A DNA stretch of 64,000 nucleotides from Armatimonadota bacterium (lineage in GTDB: Bacteria > Armatimonadota > Fimbriimonadia > Fimbriimonadales > GBS-DC), in assembly GCA_030550775.1 (NCBI GenBank), contig JAUQOS010000002.1, forward strand, positions 4,808 to 68,807, written 5' to 3'. Shown here in pieces: positions 44,974 through 53,839 of this stretch; positions within the stretch are counted from its first letter, which is position 1; each line of letters starts with the position of its first letter. A program made the position numbers and the translations under genes. The notes below the pieces were generated by a model. It had not been told where the DNA came from and searched no databases. It saw only the letters and a program-made list of their open reading frames with translations.

Positions 44974-45588
44974 ATGGGTGTGAGGCGTGTTCGCGAAGGT
45001 TTTTCGCTGGTGGAGTTGCTGAGTGCGTTGGGCATCGTTGCTGCGCTGATGGCAATCCTAATGCCCGTGTATCTCAACACGCGACGAGCCGCGATACGCA
45101 CCGTCTGTATCTCGAACCTACGACAAATTGGCATAGCGGTGCGGATGTACCGCGAGGATTATCAGGAGTTGCCCCCATACCTTTCAGCAATTCACACCTA
45201 TCTGGGCGATGGTCGCGTGTTCGTGTGTCCTGCCGACGCGCTTCAAGGGCAGCACGCCGTTGCCGACACACTGGGCGACTCGCTGCGTTTAGAAGGCAAC
45301 TTCTACTTGCCGACGGGTGTTAGCTACACTTATGTGCCCAACTGGGGCATCGCGCGCCTGCTAGGATGGTGGCAAGCAGGCCCCCCCTATGGAGAAGGTA
45401 AGTGGGGTGAACTGACACCACTTTCAGAGTGCCACTGGCATTGGGCAAAGCAGTTTCATCCGCGTTGGCAAACCGACCGCATCACGGGCGCGCGTGGCTG
45501 GGTGCTAATCCTAACACTCAACGGGGCGGTACGACGCATCCGCGCCGAAACCCCACCCGAAGCGTTCTCCCCAGAGCTTTATCACTGA
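44974..45588 (+). CDS. Prepilin-type N-terminal cleavage/methylation domain protein (second pseudopilin)
   Basis: About 204 aa. EGFSLVELLSALGIVAALMAILMPVYLNTRRAA....C.SNLRQIG. The start is uncertain (TTG 44953 or ATG 44974). Confidence 0.7.
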   Translation: MGVRRVREGFSLVELLSALGIVAALMAILMPVYLNTRRAAIRTVCISNLRQIGIAVRMYREDYQELPPYLSAIHTYLGDGRVFVCPADALQGQHAVADTLGDSLRLEGNFYLPTGVSYTYVPNWGIARLLGWWQAGPPYGEGKWGELTPLSECHWHWAKQFHPRWQTDRITGARGWVLILTLNGAVRRIRAETPPEAFSPELYH

Positions 45589-45618
45589 AAACGCGCGCCG
45601 CCTACTCGCTTGGGGGCA

Positions 45619-45839
45619 CATTCCTCGCTTCATTCGGAAGGACAGTGCTGTTTCGCGCAGCCAGTTGATCAATCCGAGCCGAAGGCTGAAATCCCAGAGC
45701 ACTAAAGTGAACTGTTATTCCGAGCCGAAGGCGAGGAATCCCCAGCGGAGCCTCAGCCAGATGCCTCGCCACACTCGGAATGACAGTACGAAGGAAGTAA
45801 AAATGAGCCTGTCATTCCGAGCCGAAGGCGAGGCTCCCC
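45619..45839. repeat. Cluster A of ~27-nt hairpin (REP/BIME-like) repeats, 5 copies in mixed orientation
   Basis: Copies at about 45619-45645 (R, degenerate), 45667-45695 (F, degenerate), 45713-45743 (F), 45760-45786 (R) and 45810-45839 (F). Core is GTCATTCCGAGCCGAAGGCGAGGAATC. Confidence 0.8.
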
Positions 45840-45857
45840 GATCGCAATTCGGGTCTC

Positions 45858-46280
45858 TTAGAGGCGAATATCAATAATCCCCGACACGCCCACCCCTTCC
45901 ACACGGTCAATGCTGCGCTGTGGGTTCTTGGTAGAAATCGGGATAAGCGCGCGCAGGCGCACCTCGCGTCCCATAAAGTCACCTTCAATCTGGGCAACGG
46001 CTTGCACCTTGCGTACCAAGTCGGGCTTACCCATCACTTGCGCGGCGCCAATATATGCTCCGTTGCCCGCGCTGATAATCGGCACTACCTTTGTGGCGAA
46101 GTTCGCGTCGGGCTTAGTGTTGGTCAGGCGGTTGAGTGCGCGATCCATGTCGCCGCCTAAGCGATCCACGATGAGCGCAATACCGCCAGCTTTCAACACC
46201 TTGTCCAGCTGCGTGTAGCCGACCACACTGCCTAAAACCAACAAAGCTCCCAATGCCAATCCGCGTAGACGATGTTTCAT
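45858..46280 (-). CDS. Secreted hypothetical protein
   Basis: 140 aa from MKHRLRGLALGALLVLGS, with AGGAGG SD upstream. I recognise no family. Confidence 0.55.
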   Translation of the reverse strand: MKHRLRGLALGALLVLGSVVGYTQLDKVLKAGGIALIVDRLGGDMDRALNRLTNTKPDANFATKVVPIISAGNGAYIGAAQVMGKPDLVRKVQAVAQIEGDFMGREVRLRALIPISTKNPQRSIDRVEGVGVSGIIDIRL

Positions 46281-46371
46281 GGTCAACCTCCTAGGCATAG
46301 CATACCTCACCGCATCCATGCGGCTCGAAATGTCAGACGCACCAATGGGTGAAGCGTTTCACAGGAGGTTC

Positions 46372-47658
46372 TCAGTTTGCTTGCACTGCCGTTTCACCTG
46401 CGGGCTTCTCGCGGAACAGCAGAGCAAAGGCAATCCCTGCCAGCACGGTAATAATCGTGGGCACAAGGAACACCATCGTGTAGTTCGTCACGCCATCGGT
46501 CGTGAAGTAGTCCTTGAGCCAGCCCGCGAAAAAGCCGCCTATCAGCATCCCAATGCCCAGCACCGCCACATTAATCAGCGCTTGGGCTGAGGAGCGCACA
46601 TCCCGTGGTGCCACGCTATCGGTGTAGATAAATGCCACCACGAAGAAGAAGACATAGCAAAAGCCGTGCAAGGCAAGCGAGGCGACTGCCAACCACACCG
46701 TCCACGGCGCTTGCTGGTGCATCGCCCACGCGAATGCAAATACCGCGTAACGGGCGGGCCACGCAAAGATGCCCAGCAACATCGTCTTGCGCACGCCCCA
46801 GACGGGCAGCACCGCGGGCAACATCAGCGCGATGGTGAAAATCTCAGCAATCTGAGCGATGGTCATCCAAGTGGGCAGGTTCTCAGGCGTGATGCCCACA
46901 ACCTTGCCCGCCTCTTGCAGAAATGGAAAGGTAAGCACATAGTACAGTGGCAATTCAGTTGCAACAATCAGCGCAATAATGAAAAACACGCGATAGTTCG
47001 GGTCTCGCAGCAGGCTGAACGCCTTTGCAAACGCCAGAGGATCAGTCGCTTCTTTGGATGGCGGCGTATGCGGCAATGCCAAGCATGCCAACGCGGTGGT
47101 GATGGAAATTACCCCTGCAAACGCAAACACATCAATGAAGCCCCACTCCAGCGAGTTGAAAATGGAGCGCAGGAAGGTCACACCCCAGTTCGCTACAATC
47201 CAGCCGATTGTGCCCCACACGCGAATAGGACCAAACTCAACTTCGGGGTCTTTGAGATTGCGAAACGCCACCGAGTTCGACAGGGCGAGTGTAGGGGCGT
47301 AGAAAAAGGCGTATGCCAGCATCAGCAACGCCATTGGCATCAGCTCGCGTTGGAACGCCAACGCCAGCAGCAATCCACCGCCCACCAGATGGAACAGTGC
47401 CAACGCCCACTGGGCAGGCATGAAGCGATCGGCGACTTGCCCCGCCGTAAAGGGCACAATGAGGTTCATGAGGGGTAAAGCATTGTAGATTAGCGCCAGC
47501 CCTAAGCCTGTGAAGCCCAACTCCTTTTCCAAATAACCCGCTAGCGCCACGGACCAAGTGCCCCAAATCGCGTACTGTAAAAACATCATCACCGCCAAGG
47601 TGGGGCGCTCAAACAGCACCCGTATGGCAATCACAAACACGCTCTCTCGTCGCTCCAT
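46372..47658 (-). CDS. MFS transporter, nucleoside:H+ symporter (NupG/XapB-like) family
   Basis: About 428 aa, 12 TM. FLQYAIWGTWSVALAGYL..GQVADRFMPAQW parallels the NupG FLQFCLWGSW..IVADKWLSAKW. GAGGAGG SD before the ATG at 47658. Confidence 0.72.
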   Translation of the reverse strand: MERRESVFVIAIRVLFERPTLAVMMFLQYAIWGTWSVALAGYLEKELGFTGLGLALIYNALPLMNLIVPFTAGQVADRFMPAQWALALFHLVGGGLLLALAFQRELMPMALLMLAYAFFYAPTLALSNSVAFRNLKDPEVEFGPIRVWGTIGWIVANWGVTFLRSIFNSLEWGFIDVFAFAGVISITTALACLALPHTPPSKEATDPLAFAKAFSLLRDPNYRVFFIIALIVATELPLYYVLTFPFLQEAGKVVGITPENLPTWMTIAQIAEIFTIALMLPAVLPVWGVRKTMLLGIFAWPARYAVFAFAWAMHQQAPWTVWLAVASLALHGFCYVFFFVVAFIYTDSVAPRDVRSSAQALINVAVLGIGMLIGGFFAGWLKDYFTTDGVTNYTMVFLVPTIITVLAGIAFALLFREKPAGETAVQAN

Positions 47659-47739
47659 TTTAGCCTCCTCGCCTGCTGCCGAAACAGATACGCACCGCAA
47701 CCCGAGATTCCTGCCTTAAACGGGTCTTAACCGCCCATG

Positions 47740-47748
47740 TGCTAAGAT
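47740..47748 (+). promoter_or_regulatory. Extended -10 element TGCTAAGAT, 7 nt upstream of the phoD ATG (probable leaderless mRNA)
   Basis: TGnTAAGAT at 47740-47748, then ATCTGCC, then ATG at 47756. No SD. Confidence 0.5.
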
Positions 47749-47755
47749 ATCTGCC

Positions 47756-49111
47756 ATGCGGAGGCAACGGATTGCGATTGGTTCGTGGTTGTGGGTATTT
47801 TCGCTAAGCCTTGCGCTGGCGCAAACGCACCCGCTACTAAGTTCAGGTCCGATGCTGGGCTATGCGGAGATGACCGAAGTCGCCGTCTGGGTACAAACCA
47901 CGCAGGATGCCACTGTGCAACTGCGCTACTGGCAAAAGGGCAAACCCGAAACAAGCCGTCTCAGCGACCCCATCCGCACCAGCAAAGAGAACGACCACAT
48001 CGCGCTGTTCCGACTAACGAATTTGCCGTTTGGCACACGGTTTGAGTACGAACTGTACATCAATGGCGAACGCATTCATCGCGACTATCCGCTGGAGTTC
48101 CAGACCCAGCCCCACTGGCGCTGGCGTACTGACCCGCCCGAGTTTACTATCGCCTTCGGTTCCTGCGCCTACTTCAACGACCCTGAAGTTGACCGCCCTG
48201 GCAGACCCTACGGGGGCGAGTACGAAATCTTTTTGGCAATCCATCGGTTGCGCCCTGACCTGATGTTGTGGCTGGGCGATAATGTGTACTATGTGGAGCC
48301 TGACTGGCTCACTGAGTCGGGCATGCGCAACCGCTGGCGCAAAAGCCGCCAACAGCCCGAGCTGCAGCCCCTACTTGCCAGCACGCACCACTACGCCATC
48401 TGGGATGATCACGACTACGGCCCAAACAACTCCGACAGCAGCTTCCGCCTCAAGGATGTTGCACTCAAAGTGTTCGCTGATTACTTCCCCCAAGTGCGCT
48501 ACGGCATTCCTGAGGCATCGGGCTGTTTCTACCGCTTTGAGTGGGGCGATGTGGAGTTCTTTATGCTGGATAACCGCACCTATCGCAGCCCCAATAACTT
48601 GCCGCCCTCGTCCGAAAAGCGCATGCTGGGCAAAGCGCAGCTGGAGTGGCTCAAAAACTCGCTCAAGTCATCGGAAGCCACCTTCAAAATCATCGCTTGC
48701 GGCGGGCAGATGATTAACCCGATGGTCTATTTTGAGGGCTTTGGGCTGTTTCCAGACGAGCAGAAGGAGCTGTTTGACTTTATCGTGCGCGAGCGGATTA
48801 CGGGCGTGCTGTTTATCTCGGGCGATCGGCACTTTGGCGAGCTGCTCAAAGTGCAGCCAGAAGGCGGCTATCCGTTCTACGAGCTAACCGCTAGCCCGCT
48901 CACCGCAGGTCCTGCCAACGGGCACCCCGATGAGGCGAACAACCCTGCGCGTGTGCCGGGCACTTGGGCACGCGGTCTGCGCCACTTTGGGCTGATTCGT
49001 GTGCTGGGTAAGCGTGGCGAGCGACGCCTCGTGCTGAGCCTATGCGACAAAGAGGGTAAACCCCTGTTTGAATACACCATTCGTGAGCAGGAACTGCGCT
49101 GGGAAAAATAG
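47756..49111 (+). CDS. phoD: PhoD-like alkaline phosphatase/phosphodiesterase
   Basis: 451 aa with a signal peptide. Metallophosphatase motifs LWLGDNVYY, WDDHDYGPNN and SGDRHFGE are typical of the PhoD family. Confidence 0.84.
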   Translation: MRRQRIAIGSWLWVFSLSLALAQTHPLLSSGPMLGYAEMTEVAVWVQTTQDATVQLRYWQKGKPETSRLSDPIRTSKENDHIALFRLTNLPFGTRFEYELYINGERIHRDYPLEFQTQPHWRWRTDPPEFTIAFGSCAYFNDPEVDRPGRPYGGEYEIFLAIHRLRPDLMLWLGDNVYYVEPDWLTESGMRNRWRKSRQQPELQPLLASTHHYAIWDDHDYGPNNSDSSFRLKDVALKVFADYFPQVRYGIPEASGCFYRFEWGDVEFFMLDNRTYRSPNNLPPSSEKRMLGKAQLEWLKNSLKSSEATFKIIACGGQMINPMVYFEGFGLFPDEQKELFDFIVRERITGVLFISGDRHFGELLKVQPEGGYPFYELTASPLTAGPANGHPDEANNPARVPGTWARGLRHFGLIRVLGKRGERRLVLSLCDKEGKPLFEYTIREQELRWEK

Positions 49112-49128
49112 GTACAATACCGCTCACT

Positions 49129-49788
49129 ATGGGACACCTGCTATTAGTGGGCGCAGATAGCACTATCGGTCAGTCTGTTGCAAAAGCGTTTCTGGAAGAG
49201 GAGTGGGAAGTCTGGGCGATTGGGCGGCACGCCGAGCGGTTTGCATCGGGCGTGCAGTGGGCGCATACCGTGCTAAATGTCGCCGATTTTGAGCAGATGA
49301 ACGCCGCCGCGCAGGCGTTGCAAGCGCATCTACAGTCGCTGGGCGGGCGCCAAATCGACGCGATGGTCTACGCTGTGGGCGACATTTTGGCGCAAAAAAC
49401 CCACGAGATGAGCCTAGAGGCGTGGCAGCGCATCATGGACGCCAACCTCACGGGGGCGTTTGTGGCAACGCGCGTATTCAGCCCAATGTTCAGCGCGGAG
49501 CCACATCTGTTTTTCATCGGCGCGCTGACTGAGCGGTTGATTTTGCCTGGATTGAGCGCCTATGCCACCGCCAAAGGCGGGTTGGAAGTGTTTGCGCAAG
49601 TGCTTGCCAAAGAGCAGCCCCGCTGGAAAATCACGGTTGTGCGCCCGGGCGCGGTTGCCACGCGGTTCTGGGAGCGCGTGCCGTTCCGCATGCCGCCCAA
49701 AACGCTTCAGCCCGATGATGTCGCGCTGCGCATCTTAGAAGCCTACTACAGCGAGCAGCGCGGCAATCTTGACCTGATCCCCGAATGA
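49129..49788 (+). CDS. Short-chain dehydrogenase/reductase (SDR)
   Basis: 219 aa. LLVGADSTIGQSVA Rossmann motif and YATAKGGLE (YxxxK). TACAAT lies 10 nt upstream of the ATG with no SD. Confidence 0.8.
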   Translation: MGHLLLVGADSTIGQSVAKAFLEEEWEVWAIGRHAERFASGVQWAHTVLNVADFEQMNAAAQALQAHLQSLGGRQIDAMVYAVGDILAQKTHEMSLEAWQRIMDANLTGAFVATRVFSPMFSAEPHLFFIGALTERLILPGLSAYATAKGGLEVFAQVLAKEQPRWKITVVRPGAVATRFWERVPFRMPPKTLQPDDVALRILEAYYSEQRGNLDLIPE

Positions 49789-50810
49789 GAGCGATTGAAC
49801 CCGTTCCTGAGACAATGCGCGCCGCCGTGCTCCACGCTTACGACGGCGCGCCCGAATCGCTGCGTATTGAAACGCGCCCAGTGCCCAAGCCCGCGCGCGG
49901 GCAAGTGCTGGTCAAGATGTTCGCTGCTCCCATCAACCCTTCCGATTTGATGTTTCTGAAGGGGCTATATGGACTGCTGAAACCGCTGCCTGTCGTGCCG
50001 GGCTGGGAGGGGACAGGGCGTGTTGTCGCTACGGGCGATGATTGGTTCAGCCGCATGCTGTTGGGCAAGCGTGTGGCGTGTGCTGCCCCCAACAAGTACG
50101 ACGGCACTTGGGCAGAGTATATGCTCACCTCCGCCACGCGCTGCATCCCTCTCAGCGATACCGTCAGCGACGAGCAAGGCGCAATGCTTATCGTGAACCC
50201 CCTCACGGCTTGGGCACTGATGGAGATCGCGCGCACCAGCGGGGCGCGCGCGTTCGTGCAAACGGCTGCTGCCAGCGCAGTAGGGCGAATGCTGGTGCGA
50301 CTGAGCCAAAAGTTCGGCGTTGAGGGCATCCACATCGTGCGGCGCGAGGAGCAAGCCGAGCTGCTCCGCTCTGCAGGCGCGCGCCACATCCTCAACAGTG
50401 AAACGCCCGACTTCGACAAGCAGTTGCGCGAGCTCTGCCACCAGCTGCAGGCAACCATCGCCTTCGAGGCGGTATCGGGCATGACTGCGCTGCGCGTGCT
50501 GAAAGCTATGCCTGCAGGCAGTCGGCTCATCCTGTATGGTGCCCTCTCAGAGTCGCCCCTGATGGCAGACCCACGCGACCTGATTTTCGAGCGCAAGCGC
50601 ATCGAAGGCTTCTGGCTGGCAGATTGGCTGGGCAAGCGTAGCGTGTTGGGGCAACTGCATCTGGCGCGCCAAATCCAATCAATGCTGGGCGACTTGCTCG
50701 CCAGCGAAGTGGCAGCACGCTACCCGCTGAGCGAAGTTCATCGCGCGCTTGCTGATTACCAAGCGAACATGACCGCAGGCAAGCGGCTAATTGTATTCGC
50801 GCAGACTTGA
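49785..50810 (+). CDS. Zinc-type alcohol dehydrogenase / NADPH:quinone oxidoreductase family (MDR)
   Basis: 341 aa. GroES-like N-domain (V.V...A.INP.D) plus a Rossmann domain (QTAAASAVG). ATGA overlap with the SDR gene. Confidence 0.84.
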   Translation: MRAIEPVPETMRAAVLHAYDGAPESLRIETRPVPKPARGQVLVKMFAAPINPSDLMFLKGLYGLLKPLPVVPGWEGTGRVVATGDDWFSRMLLGKRVACAAPNKYDGTWAEYMLTSATRCIPLSDTVSDEQGAMLIVNPLTAWALMEIARTSGARAFVQTAAASAVGRMLVRLSQKFGVEGIHIVRREEQAELLRSAGARHILNSETPDFDKQLRELCHQLQATIAFEAVSGMTALRVLKAMPAGSRLILYGALSESPLMADPRDLIFERKRIEGFWLADWLGKRSVLGQLHLARQIQSMLGDLLASEVAARYPLSEVHRALADYQANMTAGKRLIVFAQT

Positions 50811-50935
50811 AGAGCCGCCCGCGCAGGGATTGCTTGCCTGTATCTTAGAATGGCACGCCCGCATGCAGCAGTGCAGGGCGGCTGCGCCCCAAGTTTTGCG
50901 CACGCAACCGCCCGTGCTTGTATACAGCGGCTCCA

Positions 50936-51154
50936 CTACGCCGCAGCGGGCATTGCTTCTTCCCCTGCGGGACGAATGCTCACCACGCGATCTAAACGGA
51001 TTTCCATATAGTCAGTGATTAGACAAATCCCGTACAGCGGCACGAAAGTGACATCGGAGACGAACAGCTTGCGCTCTTGCACCTCGCCACGCCGATCTCG
51101 CCAAGCGACTACGCACTCCATGCCGATGTACTGCTGCGCTTCTCGGAACGACAT
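50936..51154 (-). CDS. Small hypothetical protein (possibly Sm/SH3-like fold)
   Basis: 72 aa with GGGAGG SD upstream. The pattern G.ECVVAW...G.V..R.L.V.DV......I.L......I.LDRVVSI fits a small beta-barrel. Speculative. Confidence 0.45.
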   Translation of the reverse strand: MSFREAQQYIGMECVVAWRDRRGEVQERKLFVSDVTFVPLYGICLITDYMEIRLDRVVSIRPAGEEAMPAAA

Positions 51155-51256
51155 CGTCGCAACCTCCCCAAATGTGGTGTCTACAACGAGATTCTGCCGC
51201 GCTCGGAACGGCTATCTATCTGCAAAGATGCGAGATTCAGGGGCGCGGAGGCGTTG

Positions 51257-51265
51257 TGCTATAAT
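51257..51265 (+). promoter_or_regulatory. Extended -10 promoter element TGCTATAAT upstream of cca
   Basis: TGnTATAAT at 51257-51265, about 48 nt before the ATG at 51314. Confidence 0.5.
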
Positions 51266-51313
51266 CTAAGGTGCAGATTGCAATGTGCGCAAGCGCGGGC
51301 ATCCCCATAGACA

Positions 51314-52717
51314 ATGGTTGAGCAAGCGTTGGAACGCCTTCGGCTGGGCTTAGCGGGCACCCCCTACGAGGGCAAGGTCTACCTCGTAGGGGGCTATGTG
51401 CGTGATAAGCTACTTGGGCGCCCGCTACCCAACGATGTTGACCTCGTGCTGGAAGGCGACGCGCTGGAGTTGGCGCAGTTTCTCTACGAGCGCGGTATTG
51501 CCGACCATCACCCCGTCACTTACCCGCGCTTTGGCACCGCGATGGTGCATGTGGGGGATACGTTGGTGGAGCTTGTAACGGCGCGCGCCGAGTCGTACCA
51601 CGACGCCAGCCGCAAACCGCAGGAAGTGCGTCCTGCCACGCTGCTGGAAGACGCGCTGCGCCGCGATTTCACAGTCAATACTTTGCTGGAAAACTTGCAC
51701 ACGGGCGAGATTTTAGACCCATTAGGCGTTGGGCTTCAAGATTTGCGCGCCCAAATTTTGCGCACGCCTCGTGACCCCCACGAAACTTTCTACGAAGACC
51801 CGCTGCGCATGCTGCGTGCCGTGCGGTTCGCTGCGCAACTGGAATTTACGATTGACCAAAACGCCTATCAGGCAATCTTGGAGCAGGCAGAACGGCTGGC
51901 GATTGTGAGCATTGAGCGCATCCAAGCCGAGTTCACACGCCTTATGGACTCGCCGCACGCCCATCGGGGGCTGCAGATGCTTCTGGAAACAGGCTTACTT
52001 CATCAGTTTGGACAACCCCTGTTGCCGATGGTTGGCTGCACACAAAACGAATACCACCTCTATGATGTGTGGGGGCATAGCCTCAAGACAGTGGAGTACA
52101 TAGACCCGTCAGGATTAGACATGCCCGCGTGGGAGGTACGCTTAGCGGCGCTCTTGCACGATGTGGGCAAGCCTGCCACGCGCACGGTAGGCGAGGATGG
52201 CACGGTGCACTTTTATGAGCACGACCGCGTGGGCGCACGCATCGCTGCCGAGTGGTTGCGCCACCTGCGCTACTCCAACGCCACGATTGAGCGCGTGGCG
52301 AAGCTGGTGAAACTGCACATGCGTCCTGGCTTTTACACCCCGCAGTGGAGCGACGCGGCGGTGCGCCGCCTCATCCGCGATGCAGGCGAGTTGTTAGAGC
52401 CGCTGCTGCGCCTTGCGGAAGCCGATATCAAGGCACAACGCGCCGATGTGCCCCATGCAGATATCCCTGCGCTGCGCGCTCGCATCCAAGCGCTTCAAGC
52501 AGTGCAGCCTAAAGAGCACTGGCGTAGCCCGCTCACAGGCGACCAATTGATGCAACGGTTTGGGCTGAAACAGGGTCCAGTTGTGGGGCAGCTCAAGCGG
52601 TACCTGGAAGAACAGGTGATTGAAGGCAACCTCGCCCCCGACGATGTGGAACGCGCATGGCAACTGGCAGAGCAATACCTCCAGCAGTTGCAAGCGAAGG
52701 CAGGGGCGCGCTCCTAA
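51314..52717 (+). CDS. cca: CCA-adding tRNA nucleotidyltransferase with HD domain
   Basis: 467 aa. GGYVRDKLLGRP.NDVDLV (PolyA_pol head), RRDFTVN, and an HD region LLHDVGKP. Confidence 0.85.
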   Translation: MVEQALERLRLGLAGTPYEGKVYLVGGYVRDKLLGRPLPNDVDLVLEGDALELAQFLYERGIADHHPVTYPRFGTAMVHVGDTLVELVTARAESYHDASRKPQEVRPATLLEDALRRDFTVNTLLENLHTGEILDPLGVGLQDLRAQILRTPRDPHETFYEDPLRMLRAVRFAAQLEFTIDQNAYQAILEQAERLAIVSIERIQAEFTRLMDSPHAHRGLQMLLETGLLHQFGQPLLPMVGCTQNEYHLYDVWGHSLKTVEYIDPSGLDMPAWEVRLAALLHDVGKPATRTVGEDGTVHFYEHDRVGARIAAEWLRHLRYSNATIERVAKLVKLHMRPGFYTPQWSDAAVRRLIRDAGELLEPLLRLAEADIKAQRADVPHADIPALRARIQALQAVQPKEHWRSPLTGDQLMQRFGLKQGPVVGQLKRYLEEQVIEGNLAPDDVERAWQLAEQYLQQLQAKAGARS

Positions 52718-53754
52718 CCTGTGGAAGGCGTTGCGCAGCTTTGGGTGTAGGCGATAAAGTCTTCCAGTACCTCTTCCGCCCGACCCGATTCGATGGCACG
52801 CAAGGCAAGCAGCACCCCGTCGCGAATGTCGTCCACGCGCCCTGCCACCCACAGGGCTGCCGCGGCATTGGGCAACAGCGCACGCATGCGCAACTCGTCA
52901 TCGCCTGTAATCGCTTGGCGTAGAATCTGCGCGTTTTCGGCAGGTGTGTCGCCTGCAATCAGCGCGTGTGCAGGTACTGGCTCCAGTCCCAAATCACGAG
53001 GCGTGAACTCAAAGGTTTCTATGGTGCCATCGGGGCGCAGGTGGGCTGCCACCGTGACCCCGATGGGCGACACCTCGTCCAAGCCGTCCATGCCGTGCAC
53101 AATCAGGGCGCGCTCGGTGCCCAGTTGTGCCAGCGCCTCCGCAAGCAGCGTGAGCCATTCCCAGCTGAACACGCCCAGCAACTGACGTCGCGCGTTGGCA
53201 GGGTTGGTCAACGGTCCCAGCAGGTTGAACACGGTGCGCACCCCCAGCTCGCGGCGCACTGGGGCAACATGGCGCATCGCTGGATGGTGCAACGGCGCAA
53301 ACATAAACCCCACTCCCACCTGCTCAATCCCTTGTGCGATTTGCTCGGGCGTTAGGTTGAGGTTCACACCCAGTGCTTCCAACACATCGGCGCTGCCACA
53401 GCGGCTGCTCACGGCGCGATTGCCGTGCTTCGCCACGGGCACACCCGCCGCCGCCACTACAAACACCGCCGCTGTGGAGAGGTTCCAAGTTTTGAGCGTA
53501 TCGCCGCCTGTGCCGCAGGTGTCCAGCAAATCGGGGTTGTCAATCGGCACTTTGATGGAGTGGGCGCGCATCGCGCGGGCAAAGCCGATAAGCTCCTGAA
53601 GGGTTTCTCCCCGTGTACGCAAAGTCATCAGCACGCCTGCGATTTGCACAGGCGTGAGCGCGCCTTGCATCATGGCATCCATCAGCGTCTCTGCCTCGTC
53701 GGTGCCCAAGTCATCCCCTTCCAATACGCGCCGAACCAGCGCCGCCACATCCAT
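52714..53754 (-). CDS. trpD: Anthranilate phosphoribosyltransferase
   Basis: DTCGTGGD, KHGNRAVSS.CGSADVLEALG and the rest are colinear with TrpD. I prefer the ATG at 53754 (TATATT 7 nt upstream) over the track TTG at 53799. Confidence 0.86.
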   Translation of the reverse strand: MDVAALVRRVLEGDDLGTDEAETLMDAMMQGALTPVQIAGVLMTLRTRGETLQELIGFARAMRAHSIKVPIDNPDLLDTCGTGGDTLKTWNLSTAAVFVVAAAGVPVAKHGNRAVSSRCGSADVLEALGVNLNLTPEQIAQGIEQVGVGFMFAPLHHPAMRHVAPVRRELGVRTVFNLLGPLTNPANARRQLLGVFSWEWLTLLAEALAQLGTERALIVHGMDGLDEVSPIGVTVAAHLRPDGTIETFEFTPRDLGLEPVPAHALIAGDTPAENAQILRQAITGDDELRMRALLPNAAAALWVAGRVDDIRDGVLLALRAIESGRAEEVLEDFIAYTQSCATPSTG

Positions 53755-53839
53755 AGCCGTAAATATACCTGCTTGCGAGCAATGTTCGGTATAATCCAAC
53801 AGTGCCTAAACAACAGGCACCCAACGGAGGGGCACCACG

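Noticed and set aside
45665-45877. 70-aa ORF (MINPSRRLKSQ..SFRAEGEAP..). Similar ORFs at 60222-60500, 60302-60631, 61753-61947 and 61805-61993.
   Set aside because: They are read-throughs of the hairpin repeat clusters. The peptide repeats (SFRAEGE, VIPSAARNL, HPERSEGS) are just translations of the ~27-nt repeat in different frames and orientations.
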